DNA of 64,000 nucleotides from Eubacteriales bacterium (GCA_045531965.1 JAZSFA010000113.1:29962-93961), one strand, 5' to 3'. Positions 53,070 to 63,281 are shown, numbered from the stretch's first letter. Made by a program: numbers and translations. The notes: generated by a model from the letters alone, not told the origin.

Positions 53070-54611
53070 TTGAAAAAACAACTTCTTTTGCTGTTACTGG
53101 CTTTTTTGTTTGCCTTTAAAGGATGTCAGACTCCGCCCCCCGAGGAAGAACACCCCACCGAACCTCCCGTTTGCGAAGCCGACGCACACGAGGATGCGGG
53201 CGATGATGGGTACTGTGATCTATGCGGAGAATATGTCATTGTTCTTTTGGATTTTTATGCCCTCAATGACTTGCACGGCAAATTTGCCGATGGCAGCAAC
53301 CATATTGGACTGGACGAGATGACCACCTATCTGAAAACCGTCATGGCGGCGGACGAGGAAGCCTTCCTGCTGTCGGCAGGCGACATGTGGCAAGGCAGTG
53401 CAGAATCCAACAACACCGACGGTCATATCATCACTGACTGGATGAACGCCCTGGACTTTGATGCCATGGTGCTTGGCAACCACGAATACGACTGGGGTGA
53501 GGATGCCATCAGGTCCAATGCTGAAATTGCCGACTTTCCCTTCCTTGCTATCAACATCTACGAAAAGGCGGACAATCGTCTCGTTGACTATTGCCAGCCC
53601 TCGATTCTGATCGACCGCGGGGACGTGCAGGTTGGTATCATTGGCGCGATGGGAGACTGCTATTCCTCCATTTCCGGAGATAAAACCCAAGACATCTACT
53701 TTGTCAACGGCAGCCGTCTGACGGCGCTTGTGAAAGAAGAAGCTAACCGTCTGCGTGCTGAAGGCGCCGATTTGATCGTTTATGTCATTCATGATGGCTA
53801 TGGTAAAAGCAACTCCGGCGGAACCTCTTTTGTCACAGATGCCGCGCTGTCTTCCTATTATGATATTGCCCTGTCCGACGGCTACGTGGATCTGGTATTC
53901 GAGGGACACACCCACCAGCGTTATGTCATGAGAGACAGTTGGGGGGTGCATCACCTTCAGGGCGGCGGAGAAAACAAGGGACTGTCCCATGCCGAAATTG
54001 CGGTCAACATCGCCAACGGCACCCACAGCCTCAACAACGCCGAGTTTGTCACCTCATCTCAATATCAGAACATGGAAGACGATGCCCTGATCAACGAGCT
54101 TTTGAACAAATACGCCGATCAGATTTCCGATGCCCAACGGATCGTGGGGCACAACAGCCGCTATCGCAACAGTACCGAACTACGCAATCTGGTTGCCGAG
54201 CTTTACTACAACGCGGGCATAGACGTTTGGGGCGAGGACTACGACATCACCCTCGGCGGCGGCTTTATTTCGGTGAGAAGCCCCTATGAACTGCCCGCGG
54301 GCGACGTCTCTTACGCTACGCTTCAGTCCATCTTCCCCTTTGACAACGATCTGGTTCTTTGTTCTATTCAAGGAAGGGATCTGTTGTCCAGATTTATCAA
54401 CACCTCCAACAGCAATTATTTCATCTATCCCAATAAGGGGCAGCTCAACGCGTCGCAAACCATTGATCCCAACAAAACCTACTATATCGTCACCGACACC
54501 TATTGCTCCACCTACGCCCCCAACCGATTGACCGAGGTGGCGCGCTATGAAGCGGGGGTCTACGCCCGGGATCTTTTGGCAGATTACATAGAAGCCGGCG
54601 GCATGAACTAA
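53070..54611 (+). CDS. bifunctional metallophosphatase / 5'-nucleotidase lipoprotein
   Basis: TTG start with GGAGG RBS. Lipobox LFAFKGC. LNDLHG, GDMWQGS and GNHEYDWG calcineurin-like motifs plus a 5'-nucleotidase C-terminal domain. Confidence 0.8.
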   Translation: MKKQLLLLLLAFLFAFKGCQTPPPEEEHPTEPPVCEADAHEDAGDDGYCDLCGEYVIVLLDFYALNDLHGKFADGSNHIGLDEMTTYLKTVMAADEEAFLLSAGDMWQGSAESNNTDGHIITDWMNALDFDAMVLGNHEYDWGEDAIRSNAEIADFPFLAINIYEKADNRLVDYCQPSILIDRGDVQVGIIGAMGDCYSSISGDKTQDIYFVNGSRLTALVKEEANRLRAEGADLIVYVIHDGYGKSNSGGTSFVTDAALSSYYDIALSDGYVDLVFEGHTHQRYVMRDSWGVHHLQGGGENKGLSHAEIAVNIANGTHSLNNAEFVTSSQYQNMEDDALINELLNKYADQISDAQRIVGHNSRYRNSTELRNLVAELYYNAGIDVWGEDYDITLGGGFISVRSPYELPAGDVSYATLQSIFPFDNDLVLCSIQGRDLLSRFINTSNSNYFIYPNKGQLNASQTIDPNKTYYIVTDTYCSTYAPNRLTEVARYEAGVYARDLLADYIEAGGMN

Positions 54612-54652
54612 AAAAGTCTATCCCCCGAAAGGAGATAGACTTTGCTTGCGAA

Positions 54653-55471
54653 TTAAGATCGTCTCTGCGAGGCGGTCTTTTTTCGTTTTTGATGTATGAA
54701 GTAACCGGGCAGATACGGTGCCGCGTGAATGATCAGATACAGGACATAAACCATCAACACCGACAGCCAATCCGGGGTTGCTGCGCCGATGGGCGCAAAG
54801 AAGAAGGAGCTGAGCTTGAAAAACATATAGTCCGAGCCAATGCGCGAAAAATTCACCAAATTTGCGACGATAGACACGCCCAGCGCAGGAATCGCAGGCA
54901 ACAGCAGGTCTGTCACGGTTTGGGCATTTTTGTAAGAGTGGAAACCCGATTTCAGCATCACAAGAGCACAAAAAACAATGGCGCTGTGATAGAAAAAGGT
55001 ATGAAAGCCCGCAAAAGAAATACAGGAATAGCTGTTCAGTACCGTGGCGGGGTATACGTAATTGATGATACCCCCCAGCAGTCCTAGCGAGCAAACGTAA
55101 CCGCAACCCATGTAGCGCAACTTCCCCTTGCCCCAAATGGCAAAGGGCATGGCATACATAAAAATACTGCAAGGGTATAGCGGAAGAATCCCGCCCCACT
55201 CAAAGCTGACCGTCTTTCCCGAATAGGTTTCCCATAGGATTTTAGCAACCTCAAGAACCACCGTCAGTCCCCAGATCACCCCGAAAACCACCCGGATTGT
55301 CTTCTCATCCTTCTTCGCCAGTCGCAATCCCCCAAAAATCACCAGTCCCAAAACAACTGCCGCAAAAATCAGATGCAGCGGTGTGAACATGGTTCCCGGA
55401 AGTTCGGACGCAGGGGGGAGAAAATCCTTATGCGTGAAAAAATGCTTCAAAAGCTCGGTCAAATGATGCAT
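54653..55471 (-). CDS. YwaF/TMEM164-like integral membrane protein (second paralog)
   Basis: 272-aa multi-pass protein. The LPLYPCSIFMYAMPFAI motif parallels FPFQFCSVPIYVAIFAAV in 23649-24467. Confidence 0.65.
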   Translation of the reverse strand: MHHLTELLKHFFTHKDFLPPASELPGTMFTPLHLIFAAVVLGLVIFGGLRLAKKDEKTIRVVFGVIWGLTVVLEVAKILWETYSGKTVSFEWGGILPLYPCSIFMYAMPFAIWGKGKLRYMGCGYVCSLGLLGGIINYVYPATVLNSYSCISFAGFHTFFYHSAIVFCALVMLKSGFHSYKNAQTVTDLLLPAIPALGVSIVANLVNFSRIGSDYMFFKLSSFFFAPIGAATPDWLSVLMVYVLYLIIHAAPYLPGYFIHQKRKKTASQRRS

Positions 55472-55687
55472 ATTCGTTTCCTTTAATCAAGTTGTCGTTT
55501 GCCACCCATTATACACGATCCCGAAAGCAAAAACAAGAAAGCTGCCGGATTCTTCATAAAAATTAAGAATTGAGGAAGCGGCTCGGCACAAGATGACATC
55601 ACCATATAAGAAAAAAAAAGGCAAGGCTTGACAACAGAAACCTCGTATGCTATAATGAAATAAACTGAACGATTAAGGAGGAACGCA

Positions 55688-56611
55688 ATGAAAAAACGCA
55701 TAAGTATCATGATGGCTCTTTTCCTCATCGCAACGTTTTTGGGCAGTTGCCAAGGTCTTGGCAGTCCAATAAATACCGAAGATTTCGGGGATATTCAAAC
55801 CGAACAAGCAACCGGCATCACCATGGCAGAGATTGTTCACGCCAACAGTACCGTTGAACTGCTCAAGCAATACGACAGCTTCCACATCACATATACCTAT
55901 AATGGCGAATACGGTTATGAATACTATGCAGACGACACCATGGTATTTACGATGGACAACACCTCCCGTGCTCTTTACGTAGGTACGGATTGTGTATATT
56001 GGGAAAACGATGCTTACACAAGAGTGTTGTATGCTGGCATTGAACCTGATACAGAGTGGTATCATTGGTTGACGCTTAATGCCTATACATCTTTATGGGG
56101 AACGGTTAAAAACGTCTCCCGGGATGGGGGTAAGCTCTATGTCAATACCGTCTTGCCTGCAAAATACATGAATGATATCTATTACGAAGAAGATGGGCTT
56201 GCCGCGGTTTTGACGGACTATGTGTTGGACGCCGATACATACGTCATCTTGGAATCTACCACAACTTACAAATATATCGACGGTTATCGTTTGATCGTAG
56301 AGACCCACATTCAAACCGACGTAGAGGTTCCTGACCTCGCCGATGAGCTTGCATCCCACATGAACGCCACCACGGATACCCGATCCTTCACGATTATTCT
56401 TAACCCCGACACTTCAAAGGAAACATCATATTCCGTGACCCTCCCTAAAGAAGACTACGTAGAGTTCTATTATCCCAATGATTATACCGAGCTTTATCTC
56501 GACCGCGCTTGTACTCAAAAAGCCACCCCGGAAGATTTGGAAACACAAAAAGATCTGATATTATACGCCAAAGCACTTTATCCCGAAGCAGAAACAGCAG
56601 GCTCATTTTAA
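55688..56611 (+). CDS. lipoprotein of unknown function
   Basis: AAGGAGGA RBS. Signal peptide with lipobox (FLGSC). No recognised family. Confidence 0.6.
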   Translation: MKKRISIMMALFLIATFLGSCQGLGSPINTEDFGDIQTEQATGITMAEIVHANSTVELLKQYDSFHITYTYNGEYGYEYYADDTMVFTMDNTSRALYVGTDCVYWENDAYTRVLYAGIEPDTEWYHWLTLNAYTSLWGTVKNVSRDGGKLYVNTVLPAKYMNDIYYEEDGLAAVLTDYVLDADTYVILESTTTYKYIDGYRLIVETHIQTDVEVPDLADELASHMNATTDTRSFTIILNPDTSKETSYSVTLPKEDYVEFYYPNDYTELYLDRACTQKATPEDLETQKDLILYAKALYPEAETAGSF

Positions 56612-56626
56612 GCCTGCTGTTTCTTG
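56595..56626 (+). terminator. terminator overlapping the stop of the 55688 gene
   Basis: CAGCAGGC-tcatttta-GCCTGCTG followed by TTTCTT. Confidence 0.6.
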
Positions 56627-56727
56627 TTAATGGGATAGTGTCAATTCACCATGCAGGCAAGGAAAACATTCCAACTTTTTCATGTTAAAAATGTTTTGCA
56701 AATGAAAACACCTCAGCGAGAGTCAAT

Positions 56728-58323
56728 TTAGTTTTCGGTTTTTCCCTTGCCGGAGCTATCAAATTCAACGCCGACAACGGTCATGGGAATATCGGTGTCG
56801 GAGAAATGCAGTTCAGCCAACTGGCCGTTGTCATAGATCCAGGTTTCGTCCACGACCACCTGACGCCAACACTCGTAGGTGTCACCGTATCGGATGGTCA
56901 TGAGGTTGGGACAATGGGCAAAGGCCTTGAATCCGATGCTTTGGAGGCCTGCGGGGAGGTTGATCTCGGTCAGCCCTTGATTCCAGGCAAAAGCAAAATC
57001 ATCAATGTGGGTGACATTCTCGGGGATAACGCTGTTGGCGCATCCCAGCACCACCGTGCTCCTGTATTGTGTCAGCGAAGAATACTTGATGTTATCACAC
57101 TCATAGATCAGGCAATTGTCCTTGACGTAGTAGCAGGACCAATACCCGCTTTCATCGGGATCCATGATCGGCTCACTCAGGTCTCCCGTGATGCTCTCCA
57201 AATCGGGATTGTTCCAGAACGCCAACCTTCCGACATTCTGCACCGAGGCGGGGATATGGATGCTGGTCAGTCCCGCGCCCTCAAAGGCGTAGGGGGCGAT
57301 GGCGGTGACCCCGTCGGGGATGATCCGATTGCCACCTTCACCGACGATAAGTGTTCCCGTGGACTTCTCTATGACACAATTAAACGAAGAGTCATAATTG
57401 GGATTATCCTCAGACACACTGACACTGGCTTGACGGCGAGATCTAGATAAAAATTTACTTTCTAACACTTCCACGGATGCCGGCACAGAAAAACTAACAT
57501 AGAACCCCGTCGGCAATCCTGTCGGGTTATAGGGAGAAAGTGCATTTTGCGCAATACACTTTACCGTTGAAGGGATCACATATCTGTCATGCGGAGCCAC
57601 TTGCAGAGACATTTGAGGGTTTTCATTTCCCCAATTCACGCCCGGGTGATAGGTAAGATAAGCATATATCACCCGCTCTCCCTCGCGCTCGATGAGGCAA
57701 CTCCCTTCCGCCCTATACACAGGATTATCCTCGTCCACCGTCAATTCGGTCAGCCCCGTCATCTCATGAAGCGTGTTGATATGGATGCTTGTCATGGATG
57801 CAGGGATATGGATCCCCTTGACCTGGAACAGATGCACGCCATTGGGCACCATCAAGGAGGAGGTCATGGTCATGTCCCGCAGGGCGATGACACGGTCGCC
57901 GTTCATGGCGGTCTCGGGAATGGTCAGCACCATGTCCTCGGGCAGGGCGGCAATGCCCACCAGAGAGCAGGTTCCGTTGCCGTGGCTGACGTAATACAGA
58001 TCGTCGTGACGGACGACATCCCCAACGTAAGTAAATTCCGTTTCATTTGAAGGATGGTCGCTGTCTTCCGTTGCGCTGATCGGCGGAACAGGTCTGTTCG
58101 CGGCGCGCCCCGCCATAACGATCCCCGTCACCGTACCCAGAGCTACGATCGCGCAGATGGCCGCCACCACGGCGGGTTTTTCAAAGAAGGCAGCCAGGGT
58201 ATGGCGGCGCTTGGGGCGTGACGCCGTAGCGATGGCATCATCGGAAATCATAGCATCGGCTACGGCATCGTCGGAAACACAGTCAATGGCCTTCAAAAGT
58301 GTATAGCCTTGCGAGTTTTTCAT
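56728..58323 (-). CDS. membrane-anchored anti-sigma-like protein with an extracellular BspA-type leucine-rich-repeat domain (module 1)
   Basis: Translationally coupled (ATGA overlap) to the sigma gene. Short cytoplasmic N-terminus, one TM (AVVAAICAIVALGTVTGIVMAG), then repeated IP..V..I...AF motifs. Confidence 0.65.
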   Translation of the reverse strand: MKNSQGYTLLKAIDCVSDDAVADAMISDDAIATASRPKRRHTLAAFFEKPAVVAAICAIVALGTVTGIVMAGRAANRPVPPISATEDSDHPSNETEFTYVGDVVRHDDLYYVSHGNGTCSLVGIAALPEDMVLTIPETAMNGDRVIALRDMTMTSSLMVPNGVHLFQVKGIHIPASMTSIHINTLHEMTGLTELTVDEDNPVYRAEGSCLIEREGERVIYAYLTYHPGVNWGNENPQMSLQVAPHDRYVIPSTVKCIAQNALSPYNPTGLPTGFYVSFSVPASVEVLESKFLSRSRRQASVSVSEDNPNYDSSFNCVIEKSTGTLIVGEGGNRIIPDGVTAIAPYAFEGAGLTSIHIPASVQNVGRLAFWNNPDLESITGDLSEPIMDPDESGYWSCYYVKDNCLIYECDNIKYSSLTQYRSTVVLGCANSVIPENVTHIDDFAFAWNQGLTEINLPAGLQSIGFKAFAHCPNLMTIRYGDTYECWRQVVVDETWIYDNGQLAELHFSDTDIPMTVVGVEFDSSGKGKTEN

Positions 58324-58871
58324 GGATTGTAACCCTCCTTTATCAAATAGTCCCGCAGCTTTTCGCGGATACGCATGAGGCGCAGGGAGACGGTGTTGGG
58401 CGTTATGCCATAGGTTTTGGCAAGCGAGGACACAGAGTAGAGGTGGAAATACCGTCCCAAAAACAGCCGTCTGTCAAGGTCTCCGAGCCCTCGGATGTAG
58501 CTGTTTAACAGCTCGCCGAGTATGATGTCCGGTTCCTCGTCGGCAGGCAAGACCTCGGAAAGCTCGTGGAGTGCCACGGTCATGCGTCTGTCCCGCATTT
58601 TTTGGTGCATGGCGCGCCAACGGCTGATGGACAAGTTTCTCGTGATGCGGCAGAGGAACGCTGCCAACTGAGTCGGTCTTTGGGGTGGGATGCTCTGCCA
58701 CGCCTTCAGCCACGTGTCATTAACACATTCTTCGGCGTCGGAGTGGTTGCCGAGAATCCGCATGGCGGTGTGCATACAGATCTGCCTGTACTTGGCTTCG
58801 GTCACCTTGATGGCCTGTTCGTCCCGAGCAAAATACAGTTCAATAATATCTTTGTCATCCGGGTGGCTCAT
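58320..58871 (-). CDS. sigma-70 family (ECF-like) RNA polymerase sigma factor (module 1)
   Basis: Start at MSHPDDKDIIELYFARDEQAI (GAAAGGAGA upstream). Region 2 (DAEECVNDTWLKAW) and region 4 (SLAKTYGITPNTVSLRLMRIREKLR). Confidence 0.85.
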   Translation of the reverse strand: MSHPDDKDIIELYFARDEQAIKVTEAKYRQICMHTAMRILGNHSDAEECVNDTWLKAWQSIPPQRPTQLAAFLCRITRNLSISRWRAMHQKMRDRRMTVALHELSEVLPADEEPDIILGELLNSYIRGLGDLDRRLFLGRYFHLYSVSSLAKTYGITPNTVSLRLMRIREKLRDYLIKEGYNP

Positions 58872-58995
58872 GGTCGTCTCCTTTCTTTTGATGTCAAAGG
58901 TACCTTCATCTATCATGACGCATTGGAGGGGTACAATCTTTCATGAGTTTTGATTTTTTTATTATATCACGAAAGTCTTGGAGCGTCAACAGGCA

Positions 58996-59032
58996 GAAAA
59001 ACGGGCAGACTCAACGATGTGAGCCCGCCCGT
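58996..59032 (-). terminator. terminator separating the two sigma/anti-sigma modules
   Basis: Minus sense: ACGGGC...GCCCGT followed by TTTTT, directly after the stop at 59037. Confidence 0.6.
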
Positions 59033-59036
59033 GATT

Positions 59037-60785
59037 TTAATTGTTTACAGTTGTCTTTGGCTCCCACGCCACGATCTCGGTACCGTCGGCGCAGTAAACG
59101 GTGACGGTTTCCTCACAAGAGGTGAAATCGAAAAATTGGCTGTAATGTTCCCACTGTTCAGCGGTGCCGCCGTAGTGGATTTCCGAGAGCGGACCGTGAC
59201 ATGCTATCGTGATTTCATGCGCCTGCGCCTCGCCGATCAAGCCGTCTCTTTGAACCAAAATATCCGCCGGCAACGTGATGAAGGTACAGTAGTAAACGCC
59301 AAGATCACCGCCTCGACCGATGACCAGGCGATCGGCATCGATCACCAGCCCCGTACCGTCAAAAAGAAGTGAGTTATTCAAAATCACCGATTTCTCGCTC
59401 CGAAGGGTCAGATGCGTGTTGCCAAATCCGTCAAAGGCACCGAGATAAACGGTCAGATCATTTTCAAGCGCATCGATGGTCAACGTTTTGGGTGTTTCAC
59501 CGTTGTAGTTTAGAAGGTTTACTCCCAAAAATTCCACCGAAGATACGCCTTCAATGCGATCCGGAGGATTTCGGGTAAGGACTAACGCTCGGTCATGGTA
59601 GACCCAGGCGTTTGAACCGTTCAAGCTCGATGACAGACCTGGCGACATCACAGGATCGCAGCGATAGAGGCAGTTATCCTTGGCATAGTACACAGGCGGT
59701 GCTTCAGATAAAAACGGCACGGTGACGAATCCAGAGGGCGGGCCTTCAAGCGTAGAGGTGATGGTCGTCAGCTTGGATTTGTAACCGAAGAAGACATCAA
59801 AATCGGTGAGTGTAGATGGAACGTGCAGATTGTGAACCGTCCATGAAAAGGTGAAGATGCCCGATTTTGCGGCCACGACGCCTTCGGGGATGATGCAGTT
59901 GACCGCGCCAAGCACCGCGGTTTGTGTACTTCGCTCAACGAGACACCCTCCCTCGGCATAATACACGGGATTGTCGGGATGAACCGAAATCTCCGACAGA
60001 GGACAAACGGAATCGTTATGGCCAACGGGATCGATCCGCGTCAAAGACGCAGGCACATACATAGGAACAGGCGTATCCGGGTCAGCCTTATCCCCGCGAA
60101 AAGCGTTTTCTGCAATATGCACCACACCTTCGGGGAAAATATATGCGTTGTGGCAAGCATAGATGAGAGACCGGCTCTCCCTTAATATCAGGCAGTTGTT
60201 TTCAGCGTAATACACGGGGTTATCCGCATCTACCGTCAGTTCTTTGAGTGGTGCCCCCCATAAGCCCTCGAGATGGATGGTCGTCACCGTATGGGGCAAA
60301 TGGAGAGAGGTGAGTTCCTTCATGGAGATAGGCACGATCCCATCCCACGAGGATACGGTCATATACATCCATCCCGAGCCTGTAAACTCCGTCACAACGT
60401 CTCCTTCCGGAGACGTTGCCGGCACAACGAGCTTGCCGTTTTCAGGCGCGCTTTTTACCCCTACCGAACAGGTTCCGTCACCCTGGGAGGTAAACGTCAA
60501 ATGCACTAACATCTCCTCGGGGCTGATCGTCTCCGCATCCGAGTCGGCAGTCGCAGGCGGCATTTGATTGGCGTTAAATCCCGCCGCAACGATTCCTGCC
60601 ACCGTGCCGAATGCCACGATCGCGCAGATGGCCGCCACCACGGCGGGCTTTTCAAAAAACGAGACGATGGCGTGGCGGCGCTTGGGAGGGCTTACGATGG
60701 ACCCCTCGGGAAGGGCGGATTCGTCAATAAAAGCATCATCCACCTCCCCAAAGCGGGCGAAAATTTGTTTTTTGTTCAGCTTCAT
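59037..60785 (-). CDS. membrane-anchored anti-sigma-like protein with an extracellular leucine-rich-repeat domain (module 2)
   Basis: Start moved to MKLNKKQIFARFGEVDD (ATGA overlap with the sigma stop). The same FFEKPAVVAAICAIVA TM segment as module 1. The ORF-track extension to 61016 overlaps the sigma gene out of frame. Confidence 0.65.
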   Translation of the reverse strand: MKLNKKQIFARFGEVDDAFIDESALPEGSIVSPPKRRHAIVSFFEKPAVVAAICAIVAFGTVAGIVAAGFNANQMPPATADSDAETISPEEMLVHLTFTSQGDGTCSVGVKSAPENGKLVVPATSPEGDVVTEFTGSGWMYMTVSSWDGIVPISMKELTSLHLPHTVTTIHLEGLWGAPLKELTVDADNPVYYAENNCLILRESRSLIYACHNAYIFPEGVVHIAENAFRGDKADPDTPVPMYVPASLTRIDPVGHNDSVCPLSEISVHPDNPVYYAEGGCLVERSTQTAVLGAVNCIIPEGVVAAKSGIFTFSWTVHNLHVPSTLTDFDVFFGYKSKLTTITSTLEGPPSGFVTVPFLSEAPPVYYAKDNCLYRCDPVMSPGLSSSLNGSNAWVYHDRALVLTRNPPDRIEGVSSVEFLGVNLLNYNGETPKTLTIDALENDLTVYLGAFDGFGNTHLTLRSEKSVILNNSLLFDGTGLVIDADRLVIGRGGDLGVYYCTFITLPADILVQRDGLIGEAQAHEITIACHGPLSEIHYGGTAEQWEHYSQFFDFTSCEETVTVYCADGTEIVAWEPKTTVNN

Positions 60786-61312
60786 GGGCTGATCCCCCTT
60801 TCTTCCAGATAGGCGCGGAGCTTTTCTCTTGTGCGCATGAGACGGAGAGACACTGCGTTGGGCGTAAGACCGTAAGCTTCCGCCAGCCGACCCACCGAGT
60901 AGGCGTGCCAATAGCGTCCCATGAACAAGCGGCGCTCCAAGGACGGCAGGGCAGCAAGGAAACTGTTCAGAAGATCTTTCAGATCCTCGGCATGTCCTTC
61001 GTCCACCGCAAGACACTCCGCAAGCTCGTCCAGCGCCACGTCAAAGGCGCGGTTTTTCCTTGCGTGATACACGTTGATGGCTTGATTTCGCGCGATACGG
61101 CAAAGATAAGCCGACAGAGAACGGGGTCTTTCGGGCGGGATACTGTTCCATGCTTTTACCCAAGTATCGTTGACACATTCTTCAACGTCAGCATGATTAC
61201 CCAAAATACGCATAGCCGTAGCAAAACACTTTTTTCCGTGCGCTTTTTCTACTTCTTGTATGGCGCGCTCGTCCCGGGCGAAAAACAGCTCAATGATGGT
61301 CTTGTCGTCCAT
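60782..61312 (-). CDS. sigma-70 family (ECF-like) RNA polymerase sigma factor (module 2)
   Basis: MDDKTIIELFFARDERAI..., paralogous along its length to 58320-58871. GGAAAGGAGA RBS. Confidence 0.85.
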   Translation of the reverse strand: MDDKTIIELFFARDERAIQEVEKAHGKKCFATAMRILGNHADVEECVNDTWVKAWNSIPPERPRSLSAYLCRIARNQAINVYHARKNRAFDVALDELAECLAVDEGHAEDLKDLLNSFLAALPSLERRLFMGRYWHAYSVGRLAEAYGLTPNAVSLRLMRTREKLRAYLEERGISP

Positions 61313-61424
61313 ATGCTTCTCCTTTCCTGCGTTACTTGGGTCTCGAGTCCCTTCATCTATGTAGACAGAAAAAAAGGGGAGAATCTTTCATGCATCAAAA
61401 AATAATTTTCTGCAGAGAATATAT

Positions 61425-61458
61425 AAAAAAACACCTCGCGGTTATGACCGCGAGGTGT
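61425..61458 (-). terminator. terminator after the Nif3-family gene
   Basis: Minus sense: ACACCTCGCGG-tcataa-CCGCGAGGTGT followed by TTTTTTT. Confidence 0.8.
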
Positions 61459-61470
61459 TTCGGCATCATA

Positions 61471-62265
61471 TCACACCGCAAAGAGTCTGCAATGCTCCCC
61501 GATAATGACCGGCACAGCCTCTTCGTCAGCCTCGTCATAGATGTCCTCCACCATGTCCCTGAGAACGGCACACACCGGAAACTCCGTGTGATAATGACCC
61601 GCCGCCAAAAGGCTCATTCCCTCAAAGGGAATATCACAAAGCTGATGGTATTTCAACTCCCCCGTAACATACACGTCGGCTCCTGCTGCCAGCGCCGCAT
61701 CCACATCGCCGTCGCCCCCGCCGCCCAGCACCGCCACGCGGGTGATCAGCTCGTCGGCAGACGCGCACAGCACCGAGGGGGCGTTGAGCTGCTCCTTGAC
61801 AAAAGCGGCAAACTCCTCAGGGGTCAGAGGCGCGGGCAGATCGCCGATTCGTCCCATCTCCTTCCCTTCCGCGTTATCATGATCTCCGAAGGACGAGATG
61901 TTTTGCAGTCCCAAGCGGGCTGCCAACACGTCGTTGACGCCGCCGTCCACTGTATCCAAGCGGGTATGAAATGCCATAGCGGACAGACCATTCATGATGA
62001 GGTCTATCACCTTTCGAGAAACGGTATTTCCTCCGCTGATCTCCTTGATGCCTTTGAACAACAAGGGGTGATGGGTCAGCAGAACGTTGCAATCATAGTC
62101 CAACGCCGCGTTAACTGCCTCCTCGGTTGCGTCAAGGGCAATATACACGCCTGTCACAGGCGCATCCTTATCAGGACAGACCGAGAGTCCGTCGTTGTCC
62201 CAAGGGCAGGACAGCGTGCGGGGGATTCGGGCTTCCAAGGCTTCGTAAAGTTCAATCACGGTCAT
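61471..62265 (-). CDS. Nif3-like dinuclear metal centre protein (GTP cyclohydrolase 1 type 2 homolog)
   Basis: 264 aa. LLTHHPLLFKG and the C-terminal GHYHTE motifs. Lies downstream of trmK as in many Firmicutes. Confidence 0.85.
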   Translation of the reverse strand: MTVIELYEALEARIPRTLSCPWDNDGLSVCPDKDAPVTGVYIALDATEEAVNAALDYDCNVLLTHHPLLFKGIKEISGGNTVSRKVIDLIMNGLSAMAFHTRLDTVDGGVNDVLAARLGLQNISSFGDHDNAEGKEMGRIGDLPAPLTPEEFAAFVKEQLNAPSVLCASADELITRVAVLGGGGDGDVDAALAAGADVYVTGELKYHQLCDIPFEGMSLLAAGHYHTEFPVCAVLRDMVEDIYDEADEEAVPVIIGEHCRLFAV

Positions 62266-62269
62266 GGCT

Positions 62270-62992
62270 TTAGCCTCCTAAAGAATCAAGTTGACTGTTG
62301 AGAGAAGCGAGTAAGATGTCCGATTCAGACGTATCCTGTCCTGCAAGATTGCGGGCATTACGGGCACGGGACTCCTTTTTTACAGCCTGTTCGATCAGCT
62401 GTTTATGGAGTTTTCTTTGTTCCGCGGAATAGAGATGTCCTGTCAGCGCCTCGGCAGGACTTCTCGGCAGAACGGCGTTTTCAGGATCATAGTCAGCACA
62501 CAGGATCTGATACAGACGATCACCTTCGGCACAAAGAGTTTCCCCTGTCAGCGCAAAGCCCATTTTTGGCAACGCTTCCCGAACTTTTTCGGGGTGGGTC
62601 ATGGGTTGGAGAATGAGACGAACGCCTGCCTTTCGGATCCAGGGAGCTGCATCCAGGATGGATACGATCAGCTCGCCACCCATACCGAAAACAATGATCG
62701 TCCCCGGGTCATAGATATCCAAACCGTTAAGACCGTCTGTACAAACCGTTTTAATTGTCTCCGACAACCGTTCGGATTTGATGTGTTGCTCAGCGCGCTC
62801 CACAGGTCCTCGGTTGATATCCGAGGCAACGGCGGACAGCCTCTCGCCGTTTTTCGCCGTGACAGGCGTAAGGATGCGTTTCTGACAAAGATAGATGGGA
62901 AGATAGGCGTGGTCGGTGCCTACATCGGCAAGTAAAATGCCCTGCCGCACGTACGGAACAGCACAGGACAACCGGGGAGACAAGTGAATCAT
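62270..62992 (-). CDS. trmK: tRNA (adenine(22)-N(1))-methyltransferase
   Basis: LADVGTDHAYLPIYL, ASDINRGP and FGMGGELI motifs of TrmK. Confidence 0.85.
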   Translation of the reverse strand: MIHLSPRLSCAVPYVRQGILLADVGTDHAYLPIYLCQKRILTPVTAKNGERLSAVASDINRGPVERAEQHIKSERLSETIKTVCTDGLNGLDIYDPGTIIVFGMGGELIVSILDAAPWIRKAGVRLILQPMTHPEKVREALPKMGFALTGETLCAEGDRLYQILCADYDPENAVLPRSPAEALTGHLYSAEQRKLHKQLIEQAVKKESRARNARNLAGQDTSESDILLASLNSQLDSLGG

Positions 62993-63080
62993 ATATCAAG
63001 CTACCTCTCAAGGGATAGGTCGTGAAATGGGTATTGAAAAATGCAGAAGGTCGGGCAATCCGCAACCTTCTGCAAAAGGA

Positions 63081-63281
63081 TCAGTTGTCAGCGAGATGGG
63101 CGTTGATCTTCTCCACCAATGCGTCGGCATCTGTGCCGTGAACGGCGCAAGCCTGCTCGATGGACTCGCCACGGGCAGAGGGACAGCCCAAACAGTGCAT
63201 ACCAATCTCAAAGAAATACACAGCGGTGTCGGGCGCCATGTCCAAAACGTCACCGATGATGGAATCCTTGGTTACTTTCAT
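63081..63281 (-). CDS. DUF1858 / hybrid-cluster-associated redox disulfide domain protein
   Basis: Start moved to MKVTKDSIIGDVL (GGAGG upstream). GMHCLGCP motif. 66 aa. Confidence 0.7.
   Translation of the reverse strand: MKVTKDSIIGDVLDMAPDTAVYFFEIGMHCLGCPSARGESIEQACAVHGTDADALVEKINAHLADN

Noticed and set aside
60786-61016. 77-aa N-terminal extension of the module-2 LRR protein (ORF-track start 61016).
   Set aside because: It overlaps the sigma-factor gene in another frame and is Arg/Gly/Ser-rich junk. The ATG at 60785 forms the same ATGA coupling seen in module 1.
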